From contig NW_027117350.1 of assembly GCF_038025025.1 (NCBI RefSeq), forward strand, positions 682,001-746,000: a stretch of 64,000 nucleotides of DNA. Reading direction: 5' to 3'. Below, one piece after another: positions 51,401-64,000 of the stretch (position 1 is the stretch's first letter; each line of letters opens with the position of its first letter). This DNA is from Phyllosticta citribraziliensis. Its lineage: Eukaryota. Both the position numbers and the translations under genes were made by a program. The notes under the pieces are model-generated. The model saw nothing but the letters and a program-made list of their open reading frames with translations. It was not told the origin of the DNA and ran no database searches.

Positions 51401-54400
51401 CAATCGGCACTGCGGTGCCAGATTCATGCAGCAGGACATGCACCGGACATCGGGCACGCCCGGACTTATTCGCTGTGCGTGTCCGGCTCTTTGTGCGCTC
51501 GAACCAAGTCAACAGTACGGAATTAAGATACGAGCGGGGCTTTGGACGGATAAGTTCGGTTGCTTCCGTCCTCTCAGTCGCTTTTTCTGCCATTGCTGCG
51601 CGCACAGCCACACCGTGTATCGTCTATTCGCGACTGTTTGGGCTTCGTCTGGAGCCATGGTTTATTCCCGGAAGACCATGACCGCTACAGACGTCGCTAG
51701 CCCCGGGTGTTGGACGTGAGAGGGTCGAATTTGACAAATTCGATGACTTCATACATCGTGGGATCTGACGCTTGGCAACGGTTCACGCGGATGGCAGGTG
51801 TTGAAAGTGAAGCTGGATCGTCAACCCCAACGGGCCAATGAACGACTCCGGCGGCCTCATGCTCGCTCGCTTCGCTCCGTTTTGCTCCGCAAAAACAAGC
51901 CCCCAGCAAATAAGGCTGATATGGCCGGGGACGCCGACAACCAACGACGTCACGGGCAGCAGCAGCGCTGTCGAAGGAGCGGTGTTTGCGGTGTCTCGCT
52001 CGGCAAGCGAGCGAAAGGATGAATTGGGAGCTTCGTCCATGCCTGCCGACGATCATTGTTGGGACCGGACGGCAGCAATTTTCTTGTCGTCGGTCGGTCA
52101 AGCGTGAAGAAAAGCAAGCGCCGGCCGGGGCGAGAAAAAAAATGTTTCGATATTACTGCTTTGCCCGCCGGGCATCGCAACCACGCGCCCAATGTGGACG
52201 ACACCGAGAGCAGAGAAGAATGTCAACACGAGAGCCAATGGTATAATCACTATCATCATCAGCGTCATCGTGGACTGGCGCGTCGCTCGCCAGTCTTCTC
52301 CACACCGTCGGCGTGTCAAGAGCCATCGGCTGGCAAAGCTAAGCAAAGGAGCAAAACTCTTCGCATCATCATCGTCGTCGGTTTTGTTATCATCGTCGTT
52401 GTCTGTGCCAAGTGCCAGCCGAAAGCGCCATGACGGAGATCTTCATCGCGCTGCAAGCATCAACGCTGCACCCGTCAGCCCTGCGCAGACAACACCAAAC
52501 TCACCCTTCTTCGATTCTTTTCTAGCTGCAGCCATGGGCGTCCCAACAAGCTCGCCTTGGACTTTTTGTTTCTGTACACCGCGACTACCTCTGACTTGCT
52601 CCTCGCTACACGCATCGCTTCGGGTCAAACGTGTTGATCCAGTCTCCACACGCATCATGGAGGATTCCGGATTGGCGGCCAAACTTGCTGACTTGAGTCG
52701 TCTACCGAGCATCGCTTATCTCGGCGTGCGCTTCTCCAACAGACGAGCTTTGCTGCTGCCTCTTTCTCATCGTCATTATTCCCAGGCCTTGCTCAACTGC
52801 GCCTACGGCAGACGGTGCCCAAGTGCGTTGTCCGGTCCGTCTTTCGTTCTTTATGCCCATGGACCTGACCGCAGCATTTGCTCACCGCTGGACTGCGACC
52901 AGGCAGGCTGTGTCCTGTTGTGTCGCAAGTCCGTTACCCTCGCTACCGCCAGACAAGATTTTTTATCCCGGGTGCACGCAGCAGACGGAGGCTGAATTGG
53001 CACTGGCGGGACGCCTGATGCAAAGGACGTCGGGCAAGCAAAGCCTCACTTGACGACACCACCACCAAGGCACAGACAGACCACACGCACACAGACAGCA
53101 GAAGATGCACAGCACACGCACGGGGTTTTGCTTCTTGCTCATCAAACTCCCGCGTAGAACCACGGGTTGACTCGTCCCAGGCCAACCGCTTTGCTTTTTG
53201 AACGAAGATCAAACGCGTCTTTGCGGCGCCGCAAGAGCCCTTCAATCCCACCTACCCGGTTCACACCGCCCCGGGTCGTCGATCGATTGACGGCGCATTG
53301 CATGTATGCCGTCATACTGTGGCGTCTCTGGTGGTGGTTGTGGTGGTTGCTCAGCCGCAGGTTTGGCACCACCACCACCATTTCCGCATGCATCCAGTAT
53401 CCCGGAAGCGAGCAGAAAAAGAAACGACAAAAGTTTAAACGACCCTCTTTCCTTGCTTTTTGGACTCACCGGTCGTCCCGAGCGAAGAGAAACTCACCGC
53501 GCCACGTCCCTTCTCTTTCGTTCCATTCCACGACAGCCCACTAGGGCTGCACCTCGATAACCTGGCTGTCGGTGCCCGCCTCGCTTGCCCATCCGCGGGT
53601 CAGCTGGGGAAACTAAGAGATGCGCGCTTGGGACACGGCGGCTTTTGTACGACATGCCATCGCGATCCGTTGTTGACAGACGGGCACGCAGGAGTCCGCT
53701 GCGTCGTTGGTGAGCGGTTTGGTGTCGCCAGTCGTAACACTGTGTTCTTTGTCTGTCAACAAATACCGCGCATCAGTCTCGGAATGCAATGGCAGTCTCG
53801 ACGGAGTGGCATCGCCTGTCTGCGCCTTCCCTCCCCGCGCGCCCCGACAGTCATCGTTCACCACCAGCCCGGGTTTGCAAATATACTGTACGCCGCCACC
53901 ACGACCACGACCGAAAGCTCGATGCCGCTACCATGGCGTCGTATCCCACCCTGGCCTTTTGAGGCTTGTCGAGTGCAGCACCCGGGCACGCGGTGGGCGG
54001 AGTATTTTTGTCCTTGAAGTACGGGGGGCGTCTGTTGATGGCGGGCGCTGGCGCTGCCGGCTGTGGCGTCTGTCTTCTTTTTTTGGGAGCAGAGGCGGGA
54101 GGGAGGACGAGGGAGAGCGGAGGCAACGAAGTACTTGCCTGCTGGTGTGGTGTGCGTGCGTGGATGCCACGCCGGGTTGGGTTGGTATTGGCAAGCCAGC
54201 CTTCGACCACCAGGAGAGCCTGACTGCCTACCTGACGGCATGTACCTTGGACTTTGCCTTGGACCTTGGGCCCAGTCTAGCTGGTAGGCAGGCAGGCTGG
54301 ATTCGTGGTCATTGGCACGCCTGTCTGCCTGCCTGTCGTTTTTTCTTTGCCTGCCCTGCCCTGCCATCCCTTTCTCTGGTACCCTTCCGCGACGGGCTCG

Positions 54401-56279
54401 ACGCCACGCCCACACTCTAGAGGCTCTCTTCTCCGAAGGCTTTCGATCTCTTCGATACTCACTGACTGCCCGTCCGCCAGCCATCACGGCGTAACAGACT
54501 GACGCCGCTGCTCCACCGCCACCACCATCATTACTAACGCGTCCTCGACAGCACGATTTCGTCGGCGAACACGTCGTGTCGTGTCGTCTCCATGGCTGCC
54601 AAAGACTTCCGTCGCTCGATGCTGGCCTTTCGTCGTCCTCAGCTCAGCGTCGTCTTCTTCGCTGCCCTGCGTCATGTACGCGCGCACGCGTGCGTCGTCG
54701 TCCGCTCCTTGAACACGCCGCCAACAACGCGGCGCAATGCCCTGCGATGCGATGCGATGCGATGCAATGCATGAAATTCCAGGCGCGCTGCCGCGGGTTT
54801 TTTCACCAATCGATGATGAAAAAAATGGCTGCCGCTGCTGCGCACCAAGCAAATGATTGAACAGGGCAGGGCGGAACACGCCAGGCCAGGCCTCCCATTA
54901 CTTTCCCAGTGGGCATTTATGCCTGCCTGCCTTGGAGGTATTGGTGTCTTGGATTGAATCTTTTTCTCCCTCCCTCCCCCTGCGTGCACCGCGCATCCTT
55001 TTTCTATTTTTGACGGTGCCTTCACTGTTGCGCGGACTGGTACAGGTAGGTGAGGTGTGAGTGGTGGGTGGCATGTCCGGTACAAGCGTGGCCCGTAGAC
55101 GTTTGCGTCATGCATGCGCGGCGTGGTCGTTTTGTCTGCCCTCTTTGGTACGCTGACAGCCCGCCGTCCCATGGTTTTGTTCCGTCGTCGTGCTCGGTCG
55201 GGAAGCGAACGCGGCCGCCGGCTGTCACAGCACTCAAACCGCTTCCCGCTGCCTGACAGGGGCGCTGGCTGTCTCTTGAAGCCCCTCCCGCGGCGGCCGC
55301 TAGGCGTGAATGCTTCGCTGCCCAGAATGCGGTGCCGTTGATGTCATGGAATCGCGATCGATGGGTTGGCGAGTGCGGGCGTCCGCTGGCAGATGGCGTC
55401 GTTTTTAAGTTTTGCTGGATACCTAGGGAGCTAGCTTGGTCTGGACGCGATCTGCCACTTGCCGCAACAACTCATTCATCCGGCGTACTGGGACATCGAG
55501 AAAGTCGACAACGAATCCGCCAACCGATCAGAAGAATTGACAGACACTAAGTACCTTAGACAAGTAGGCAACGCTCCAAGGGCCTATACCTGCATTCCAG
55601 TTAATTGCCGTTCGTCTATCGCACTCCTAAAAGGTGAGCGTGTATCGTTATCGGGCTCGTAAAGCTTGTTTGATTTATACTCGGCTACATTGCGTTCTTC
55701 TCGACCCTACCTAGGGAGGCTTTTACGGCGGGGCTGCTGTAAGGTGTGGCGTGCTTGTCCTGTTCAAGCACCGTCGTCCTCTACCGTATACTGTTTAGTT
55801 TACGGGGTGTGGTGCAACGGCAACGGCGATGGCGATGGCCAAGTGGCAAGGATTTACGCGCAGCAAGTGGAATCATCAGGCAGAGTATTTCGCAATAGGG
55901 GAGGGGGGAAGAGGAGCGAGCCTGCCTCTTGATCCTTGCTGTCAAACTCCCATTTTCTTCGACAATGGTGCGCTTCCAATATCTCTCCCCCCCCCTTTTT
56001 CACTTTCGACGCGCCGATGTCACCACTTTCGAAATCAAGGTTCCTACTTACGCGCGCGGCAACAAGCTTTACTCTTGATCCAAACCCAAAACCCAAACTC
56101 AGTCTTCAACTAACCAGCCAACCTAACAAGCCCACTCACTCACCTAATTCTCGTACCAGCCCAGCAGCCATCCAAACCACCAGCGGGCGCGGACGCTCGT
56201 CCGCTGACTACCTTACGTGTACGTATGCGGCAAATGCCTACGCCGCCGCCAGGTCCTCGGGCGTTTTTGCTCGCGAGGC

Positions 56280-56280
<1 letters not shown>

Positions 56281-56311
<31 letters not shown>

Positions 56312-56312
56312 G
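56281..56312. repeat. (TCTG)8 microsatellite; one of several simple repeats in the gene-poor region
   Basis: Directly visible. Others include (GATGC)n at about 54746-54770 and (GAG)n at about 56516-56545. Confidence 0.85.
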
Positions 56313-57040
56313 GCTCATATCGTAGGAGTGTGCTTTACTGTTTGTCAGCCAGCCAGCCGGCCAGCCAGCCAGTCTAGCCATGTGTCGTCGCCCTCTGAAT
56401 CGGACGGACGGACGGGGGATAATGTTTTCTTTGCCAGCCAGCGAGCGAATGATTAAAGTTCTGAGCGGCCAAGCGTTTGCCGTGTACTGCGACGAACAAC
56501 GAAAGATGGGCGACTGAGGAGGAGGAGGAGGAGGATGAGGATGAGGCAGACACTGGACGAAGGGGGAGAAGGGAGATGCTGCTGATTTTGAACATAGGCT
56601 CACGCCTTATACACGAATACGAAGACTGCGTGTGTATACATGCTTGCTTGCTTGCTTTCTCCTCGTATGCTTTCGGCGTTTGGCATGATACGAGCTGAGA
56701 TGTCATTGCCTACATACTGACCTGTACATCTACCTAGGTACTCGAGCTGAACCTTATTCACGCAATCTTTATCGTCGCCTGCAACATGGCTAGAACACGA
56801 AGGTGGCATGTTCGGTACTTGCACGCCAGTTCCAACGACTGCTTGCTGTGTTCTGCACCTGCAGTCTTTCGCAGTTCACTTGCTTGCTGCGGCCCTTGAG
56901 ATTGAACGATCGCGCTCTGCTTTCCATGGTATATATTGTCGGCCGAGGCGCCACTGCGAACTGTCTCCATTGAGAGTCAGTCCTCAAATAAATCTCTCTT
57001 GAACGTCGTAGCCTGCGCGCGCAGAAAGAGTGCCGCCAAA

Positions 57041-57713
57041 ATGTGGCCAGCCAGCATCAACTCGGCTTTGTTCCTTCTCGTCTTCTTCCACTTGTTCCGT
57101 CCCGCAGCAGCCGTAAGTCTTCCATCCCATGGTTTCCGACACTGCAACTCTCCCATTGTGTAGCCCCTCGGCTTTCTCAGGCGCGTCCCGACGTCCAGCA
57201 ACTCACCGCGCGTGTGTTACTGTAGGACGAGGTAGGACCTTTCTACTTCGCAATCGACTCGCCAGACCCGCCCGGCGACCCATATCTACTGCCGTGCTGC
57301 GGCGACAAGATCAAGGGCGGCGACATGTGCGCCGTGGTCAACATCGTGCAAAACTTCAAAATCATGTACGTCGTTCTCCTCGCACACGGATTCTTCTTGC
57401 TGGATGGATGCAGTCGTTCTTGCAGAGAGGAAGGACATCGATCTGTTCTGGTGTTTTTGTGGCTGATGTGCTGCAGCGAGCAACCACACCTGTGCCTCCA
57501 GCGCACCGACGGCAAGAGGAACAATAACGCCTGCCCTGACCAGAATTGCCGCAAGCTGTTGAACAAGTACGAGGGCTTTTTGATTTTGGGGCCGGGAAAA
57601 TGGTAAGTCACATCTCTGTACCACTTGTCTCGACAATCAAGCCATGCCAAATGTGAACACCAGTTAACTGACGGACGTTGCTTGCTAGGAAGGGAAGCTG
57701 TGCCTGTGGTTAG
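57041..57713 (+). CDS. Small secreted cysteine-rich protein, effector candidate (120 aa, 8 Cys)
   Basis: Exons 57041-57112, 57226-57365, 57477-57602, 57689-57713. Donors GTAAGT/GTACGT/GTAAGT, branch points CTCAC/GCTGAT/ACTGAC, all phases compatible. Start context GCCAAAATG; exon 1 is a signal-peptide-like MWPASINSALFLLVFFHLFRPAAA. Confidence 0.78.
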
Positions 57714-60626
57714 CTTGGTTCGAATAAATCAGACCGAATTGGTCGAAAACGACTCCGCCATCCCCCTCAGTCGCAATTCTCGTCGTCTCCGCGCCTTCCG
57801 TGTCCATGAGCTGCTCTTTGGCGAAAAGACAAGGAGCCACCTGCCTCGCTCTGTTCCCACGTGGTGTACACAACACCAACTCCACGTCGTCAAACTTGAC
57901 AGAGAATGGCGTCACGAAACGACTTGGCCAACTTTACAGTACCTTGCATGCTCCACTCCATCGACACTCCCCCGCCCCCCTCTTCCCTACCTTTCTCTCC
58001 CCCTGCCCCTCTTCCTCCCCTCGTCGTTGTCGTCGTTGTACGTCGAAGGAATATACGGCCACCCAGCCTGCCACAATGCCCGCGCCCCGCTCCGCCCGCC
58101 GGCGCGCCTGCTCGCGTCGTGACGTATGCATGAAGAACGACTTACTTTCTGGTTACGGCCACCCGCCCAACCCACAAACTTCACAAACTTAGCACACCAT
58201 CCCAGCTCTTCGTGATCCCCAGGTTTTTCGCCACCAGGTCTCCCATCTGCACAGCCAAGCCGCTGGGCACCAGACAGGCGGAGAGACAGAACATCGTCAT
58301 CGACAAGGCAGGCGGTTGATTGCCCACTCCACTGAGCGCTCCACCAGCAAGCTTTCCACCTCGTCATCCCGCTACCTACCTTAGCCGAGACGGGCACGCA
58401 CGCACTCGTATACGAACGACGGCGACAACAGGGCAGGGCAGGGCAGCTTCGCATGGAACCGAATGCATCCGCCTGACCAAGGCAACCCCCGATCAATCAA
58501 TCCGCCAACGTCGACCGGTGTGGATCAGCGACGCAGCAGCAGCTCGCCTGCCAACCGCCTCGGTTCGCTCCTTGCCACATACGAGGGTTTGGCTTGCTTG
58601 CGCTGCACACCATGGCGTGGCATTGCGTATGTAGCTCAGCCAGAGACAAGGGAACCGCAGGGCATGGACGGAGCTCTCCACCGTCGTGATAAGGCTGCGC
58701 GAGGAGCGACGGTGGGTGGCGGTGGTGGAGTGAGGTGGGGTTCGTTGATTGCCCCTTGCACGAACAGCCAGACAGAAAGCTCCCTATGTGCCATGCGGCA
58801 GCCGTGGCACGGATAATGGTCGACCAGACGTTTCCTCGCGCCCGGCGTGGGTGGCTGGCGTCGCGCGCGCAGAGAGAGGCGCGTACAATAGCCGTACGCA
58901 ACTACGGCCGCATGCAAGCAAGCAAGCGTGAGCGTGCGCAAGGTATCAGTCGAGGCGATCGTCATGGGCGGACGATCATCTTGTGCGGCGGGCAGCCATA
59001 TGACGCAAAGGTGCAATCTAAAAGCCTTCGCATTTTTTCCCCCTGGCACTTTGATCGTACAACTGCCGCCGAGCCGTGCCTAGCGGGGGCGGCGGTTCCG
59101 TTTGGCATCGCAGAGAGAGACGGAGGGCAGCGAAGATGGAGCAAATGCTGGCTGGGATCGTCAGGGACTGCGCACGAAAATGGGGGCGCGGGAGCCAGAG
59201 GGGCCGCTGACGTTGATGATGGTGGTGTTTGGGTTTGGTTGGTGACGGTGTGGCGGCGGGTTCCCGCTGTCTGCGGTGTGGCGTCGCTTGACGGTGGCGT
59301 CTGTCCAAGCGACGACCAGGAAAGAGAAACAGGGGAGACCCAGCCACCACCACTGCGAAGACTACTCCTACCCCTTCCGCGAACCTAACCACCCACCACC
59401 ACCGCAACGCCAGGTACTGGTGATCATGACGTGAGGAGCTGCGCAGCTGAAACAACGTCTCATGGCGATCAGCATACACGGCGAAAGCTTCAACCACAGC
59501 GACCAACAGACAGACAGACAGGGAGGGAGACGGAGCCATGTTTCATGTTTTCCGTCGGTCCCTGGCTGATGAGGAGCGTCTTGATATCTGTAGATAGTTA
59601 CTCTTTTGGGGAGGTAGCCTCCGTGGGCGTCGATGCTTGTCTTTCTTGGGTTGCGCTGCGGGGGAGTGTGCGTGCGGGGAGCGGAGAGGACCGGGCAGTG
59701 GAGCTGGCTGACCATCGTGATATGGAAAATTTTCTGGCGCTCCTTGTTGGTTTGACCGATGGCCCGACGGATGGACGTGGGTGGATGGGGATGCAGGTAC
59801 CGTGTCTCTCGTGCCTGGATTGGCCGTGACACTGCTGGAGAGTCTTTGTGTGACTTGGATGTGTGACGGGGGATAACGATACTGGTTGGAGCTGCGATGA
59901 TGTCTTGGAATTATGCAAGCTTCACCGTGGACAGAGTGCTCTTTTGCAAAACACGAATCCAATTCAGGAATCCATTCATACTTCACAAAGTTCACGAAAC
60001 CCCTTCACACCACAACCAACTCCCACCTCAAACAAAAACACAGGTACAGATCCCAAACAAGCAGCTCCGGGCAGCCAGCGAGCGCCATTCTGTCTTCCAT
60101 CCTCTTTCTCTTTCTAGAATGTTGAATTACATTAGTTCGACTGACGGACAGGTGAGAGAGGTGCGTATGTAGGTGGCCGAATCGATTGCCGGTGGATGTA
60201 GAGTCAAGTAGGTAGTTAGGTAGGTAGTTGGGTTGGGTATGTGAACGAATTTGGGATGCAATGGGTCGCGAGCGATGCAGGCAGTGAGTTGAGGCACTGC
60301 CCGTCTATCCGCCTGTCTCATCTACCTCTTCTAGCTCCGGCGCTCTACTCTTTCTTCTCCTGCTTGCTCCATTTCATCCCTTGCCCGTGCTGCTACTGCT
60401 GCTGTTGCGCAATGCCGATGCCCCTTTCCCCGCGAATCAGTCATGCTTTAACCAGAGACGCGCCATCTCTGTCTTTCTTATTACTCGTGTTTTGCTTCGT
60501 CTTCCTCCGCGTACTGAGAACAGCGACCCATGGTTGAATCATGAGTCTCGGGGTATGATTAAGTCGTCGTTGTTGAAGTCCACACAATCACTCATCCAAA
60601 AGCAATTCTTCCGCTCTCTTCTCCTT

Positions 60627-63600
60627 CTACGTCGGCTGCGGTGCCGCAGCTCCCGTAATGTCTCCCGTACTGTCGTCGTTGATCGATTGGACGGGCGCGC
60701 AGGTGCAAAAGAGGTTGACGTCGCCGTAGGCTGTGCGCATCGGCGTTAGTACGTAGTCAAAACGAGGGCAAAAAGCAAGACTCACCATCATCCAGCCTCG
60801 CCACGCTGGGCCAGAACTTCTTTTCCTTGAGATACGGCAGGGGGAACGCCGCCGTCTCGCGCTCATACTCGCGCTCCCACTTGGACGACAGCAGATCGCG
60901 CACCGTGTGCGGCGCCATCTTGAGCACATTGCCGTCGCGGGCCCATTCGCCGTTTTCGACCTTGGCAATCTCGGCGCGGATGCTGACGAGCGCGTCGCAG
61001 AAGCGGTCGAGCTCCTCCTTGCTCTCGCTCTCCGTCGGCTCGATCATGAGCGTGTTGGCGACGGGCCAGCTCATGGTCGGCGCGTGGAAGCCGTAGTCCT
61101 GCAGACGCTTGGCAATGTCGATGGCCTCGACGCCCGCGCTCTCCTTGAAGCCCCGCACGTCGAGGATGAACTCGTGCGCGCACCGTCCCGCCTCGTTGGT
61201 GTAGAGGATAGGGTAGTGCGGCCGCAGCCGCGACAGGATGTAGTTGGCGTTGAGCAGCGTCATCTTGGTTGCGTGCGTCAGACCGCGGGCTCCCATCATC
61301 TTGATGTATGACCAGGAAATGGGCAGGATCGAAGCGGAGCCCCATGGAGCTCCTGATACTGGGTACGTTGCCTGTTCGCCGCCAGTGGCAACGAGCGGGT
61401 GGCCGGGCAAGAAAGGCGCAAGGTGTTTGGCAACGCCAATAGGTCCTACACCTGGTCCACCGCCGCCGTGGGGAATACAGAAAGTCTTGTGCAGGTTGAG
61501 ATGACAGACGTCGGCGCCGATTTCACCAGGAGAGCAGAGGCCGATTTGAGCGTTCATGTTGGCGCCGTCCATGTAGACCTGGCCGCCGTGCTGGTGGACC
61601 AGAGAGCACACCTCCTTAATCTTGGGCTCAAAGACACCAAACGTACTGGGGTAGGTAACCATGATGGCACCGAGTTCGTCGCTATACTTCTCGCACTTGG
61701 CCTTGAGGTCTTCCATGTCGAGGTTGCCCGTGCCCATGTCGCACTTGATGGTAACGACACGCATGCCCGCCATGGCAGCACTGGCCGGGTTGGTGCCGTG
61801 CGCGGAGACGGGAATCAGGCAAATGTCGCGCTTCTTGCCCGGCTGTTGCTCGTGGAACTTGCGAATGACGCGAAGGCCGGTAAACTCACCCTGAGCGCCA
61901 GAGTTTGGCTGCAGAGAGACTGCGGAGAAGCCAGTGATTTCCGCCAGGTCCTTTTCCAGTTCCGTAATCAAAGTCTCGTAGCCCTTGGCTTGGTCCTTGG
62001 GCACAAAGGGATGCAAAGAGGAAAATTCGGGCCACGAAATGGGAGTCATCTCGGTCGTGGAGTTCAGCTTCATGGTGCACGAGCCGAGGGGTATCATGGA
62101 ATGAACAAGAGAAAGGTCCTTGGACTGGAGGTGGTGCATGTAGCGGAGCAGCTCCGTCTCAGAGTGGTGCGTGTTGAAAACAGGGTGGGTGAGGTAGGAT
62201 GACGACCTCTTGAAGACTTCAGGAATCGACTGTTTGGTCACCTTTTCGGCAAGCGCTTCGACATTGGGGATGTCGTTGATTCCAGCAAAAGACCGGAAGA
62301 CGTCCAAAACGTCTTCAACGTCCTCCTTCGAGACGGTCTCGTCAACGGTGATGCCGACGAAGCTGTCGTCAATCTTTCTCAAGTTGATCTGCTTCTTGTC
62401 GAGCGCTTGAGCGAGGATGTTGTCCGAGTTGGCTTCGGTGTCGACGACGACAGTGTCGAACAGGACATCCCCCTTCTTCTGCCGTGTTTCGAAACCAAGC
62501 TGCGCCAGGCCCTCTCGCACAACACCAGCCGTCACCATGACCTTGTCCGCAATGGCCCTCAAGCCTTCGGGGCCGTGGTACACAGCAAACATGGCGCTCA
62601 TGTTGGCAAGCAGGGCCTGCGCCGTGCAAATGTTGCTGGTCGCCTTTTCTCTCCGAATGTGCTGCTCTCTAGTTTGGAGCGCCAACCGCACTGCCGGGTT
62701 GCCCAGCCTGTCCTTGGACAAACCAACCAGACGACCCGGGATCTTGCGCTTGTGCTTGTCGCTGCACGCGAAAAAGGCCGCGTGAGGACCGCCGTAGCCA
62801 AACGGCACACCAAAACGCTGCGCGTTTCCAAACGCAACGTCGGCTCCAAACTCTCCAGGGGGCTTGAGCACCGTCAGAGCAAGCAGGTCCGTTGCGACGC
62901 TGACAGTGCCGCCAAGCTTGTGGACCGTGTCTGACAGGCCCTTGTAGTCCTCGATTACGCCCTCGGTGGTTGGGTACTGGACCAAGACACCAATGAGATC
63001 CTGTCCAATTTCTTGAACGCGCTTGCTGCCGTCTTGGAGCACATCGCCAACCTCGATTGTGATACCGAATCCTTCGGCGCGGGAGCGCAAGACGGCGAGG
63101 GTTTGCGGGTGGCAGTGCTCGTCGACAAAGTATACCTTGTTTGGTCTCTTCTGGCGGCTAATTGGGAGCGCGTTTACGCTTAGGGTCATGGCTTCGGCAG
63201 CCGCCGTGGGCTCGTCCAGCAAGGACGCGTTCGATACGGGCAGCGCCGTGAGGTCGGAGACCATGGTCTGGAAGTTCAAGAGCGACTCAAGCCTGCCCTG
63301 GCTGATTTCCGGTTGGTAGGGCGTGTAGCTCGTGTACCAGGCTGGGTTTTCGAGAATGTTTCTCTTGATGACCTCGGGTACTCGTGTGCCAGCATATCCG
63401 CAACCAATGTAGCTTCTGTAAACGCTGTTTTGGCCCGCAATCTCCCTCAAGCGCGCGAGGAGCCCGCTTTCAGTGTATCCTTCGTCGCTGAGCTTCGTCT
63501 TGTCCCCATTCTTGGCGATAGGTCCTGCAATGGAGAGGTTCCGATCAGAAAGGACGTCCGCAGGCACGACCTGCTTCACAAAGTCGTCGAGCGTGTTTGC

Positions 63601-63903
63601 CGGTGGGTCGAGGGCCTTGAGCATCTGCTCCGTCTCGCTGCTCGAAGGTCCAATGTGGCGACGCGCAAAGGTGTCGAGCGGCGCAAAGGCAGAGCCGCGC
63701 TTGACACTGCTGCCGTTCGAGTCGGCCACGGTGCTCGAGTGATATGTCCGGTTGGCGTAGGTTCTTGTTCCCTGGAGCGACACCAGAGATTGTCCGCCTC
63801 GAGAGCTCCAGACGCGCGTGCTTCGCGGCACCCGGACAGCTGCATCTTGCACTAGCTTGAGCCGAGATGCGCGGAAACCTATTTTGGCGCATTGAGACTG
63901 CAT
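60627..63903 (-). CDS. GCV2: Glycine dehydrogenase (decarboxylating), glycine cleavage P protein, mitochondrial (~1073 aa)
   Basis: Exons 63903-60786 and 60730-60627. Motifs FARRHIGP, YTPYQPEISQGRLE, REKATSNICTAQ, PLGSCTMKLN, the PLP-lysine motif HLNLHKTF and DDAYGDVNLFCTC. Arg/Ser-rich presequence. Confidence 0.97.
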
Positions 63904-64000
63904 TTTGGCAAATGTCGCACCGAGAAAAGACGTGAAGCCCTATCGGGCAGGCAGAAACAGCAGATCGGTTCGAAAGCGCAGAAGAGAGGACGTGTCGGAG

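Noticed and set aside
52192..54487. Long ORFs of 185-267 aa in the gene-poor region (also 43948-44703 and 58735-59388)
   Set aside because: They have Arg/Ser/Pro/Cys-rich or microsatellite-derived composition, no convincing codon bias, splice pattern or domains, and overlap in several frames.
39771..60626. Telomerase RNA hidden in the gene-poor region
   Set aside because: I found no intact TAACCCTAA template on either strand by eye, only near-matches at about 44437 and 45580-45591. A covariance-model search would be needed to exclude it fully.

Overview
Nuclear DNA of a filamentous ascomycete. The protein sequences and short GT-AG introns with CTRAY branch points fit Pezizomycotina, and Dothideomycete-like is my guess. 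Bases 1-39.8 kb are gene-dense: a cysteine-hydrolase/allophanate-hydrolase fusion (runs off the left edge), ARP8, PAF1, HOP1, an orphan spliced membrane-protein gene, CDC4, a TPP1/Est3-like OB-fold protein, FAB1, an NtaA/DszA-family monooxygenase, an intron-containing tRNA-Asp, SAM37/metaxin and a conserved-looking hypothetical gene. A ~21-kb stretch with no long genes (39.8-60.6 kb) follows, then GCV2. I reconstructed exon/intron structures by hand; every complete gene model sums to a whole number of codons. Main points of interest: (1) a 25-aa proline-rich micropeptide ORF with its own promoter-like leader, ending in a class I SH3-ligand motif (RPLPPLP), divergent from a second small-ORF locus; (2) a four-exon, 120-aa secreted protein with 8 Cys that the ORF track does not assemble; (3) a 554-nt ARP8 intron that folds into a nested rod-like hairpin and is stop-free in frame when retained; (4) the hydrolase fusion, whose N-terminal domain has lost its catalytic Asp and Cys. 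No database searches were run, so novelty is unverified.
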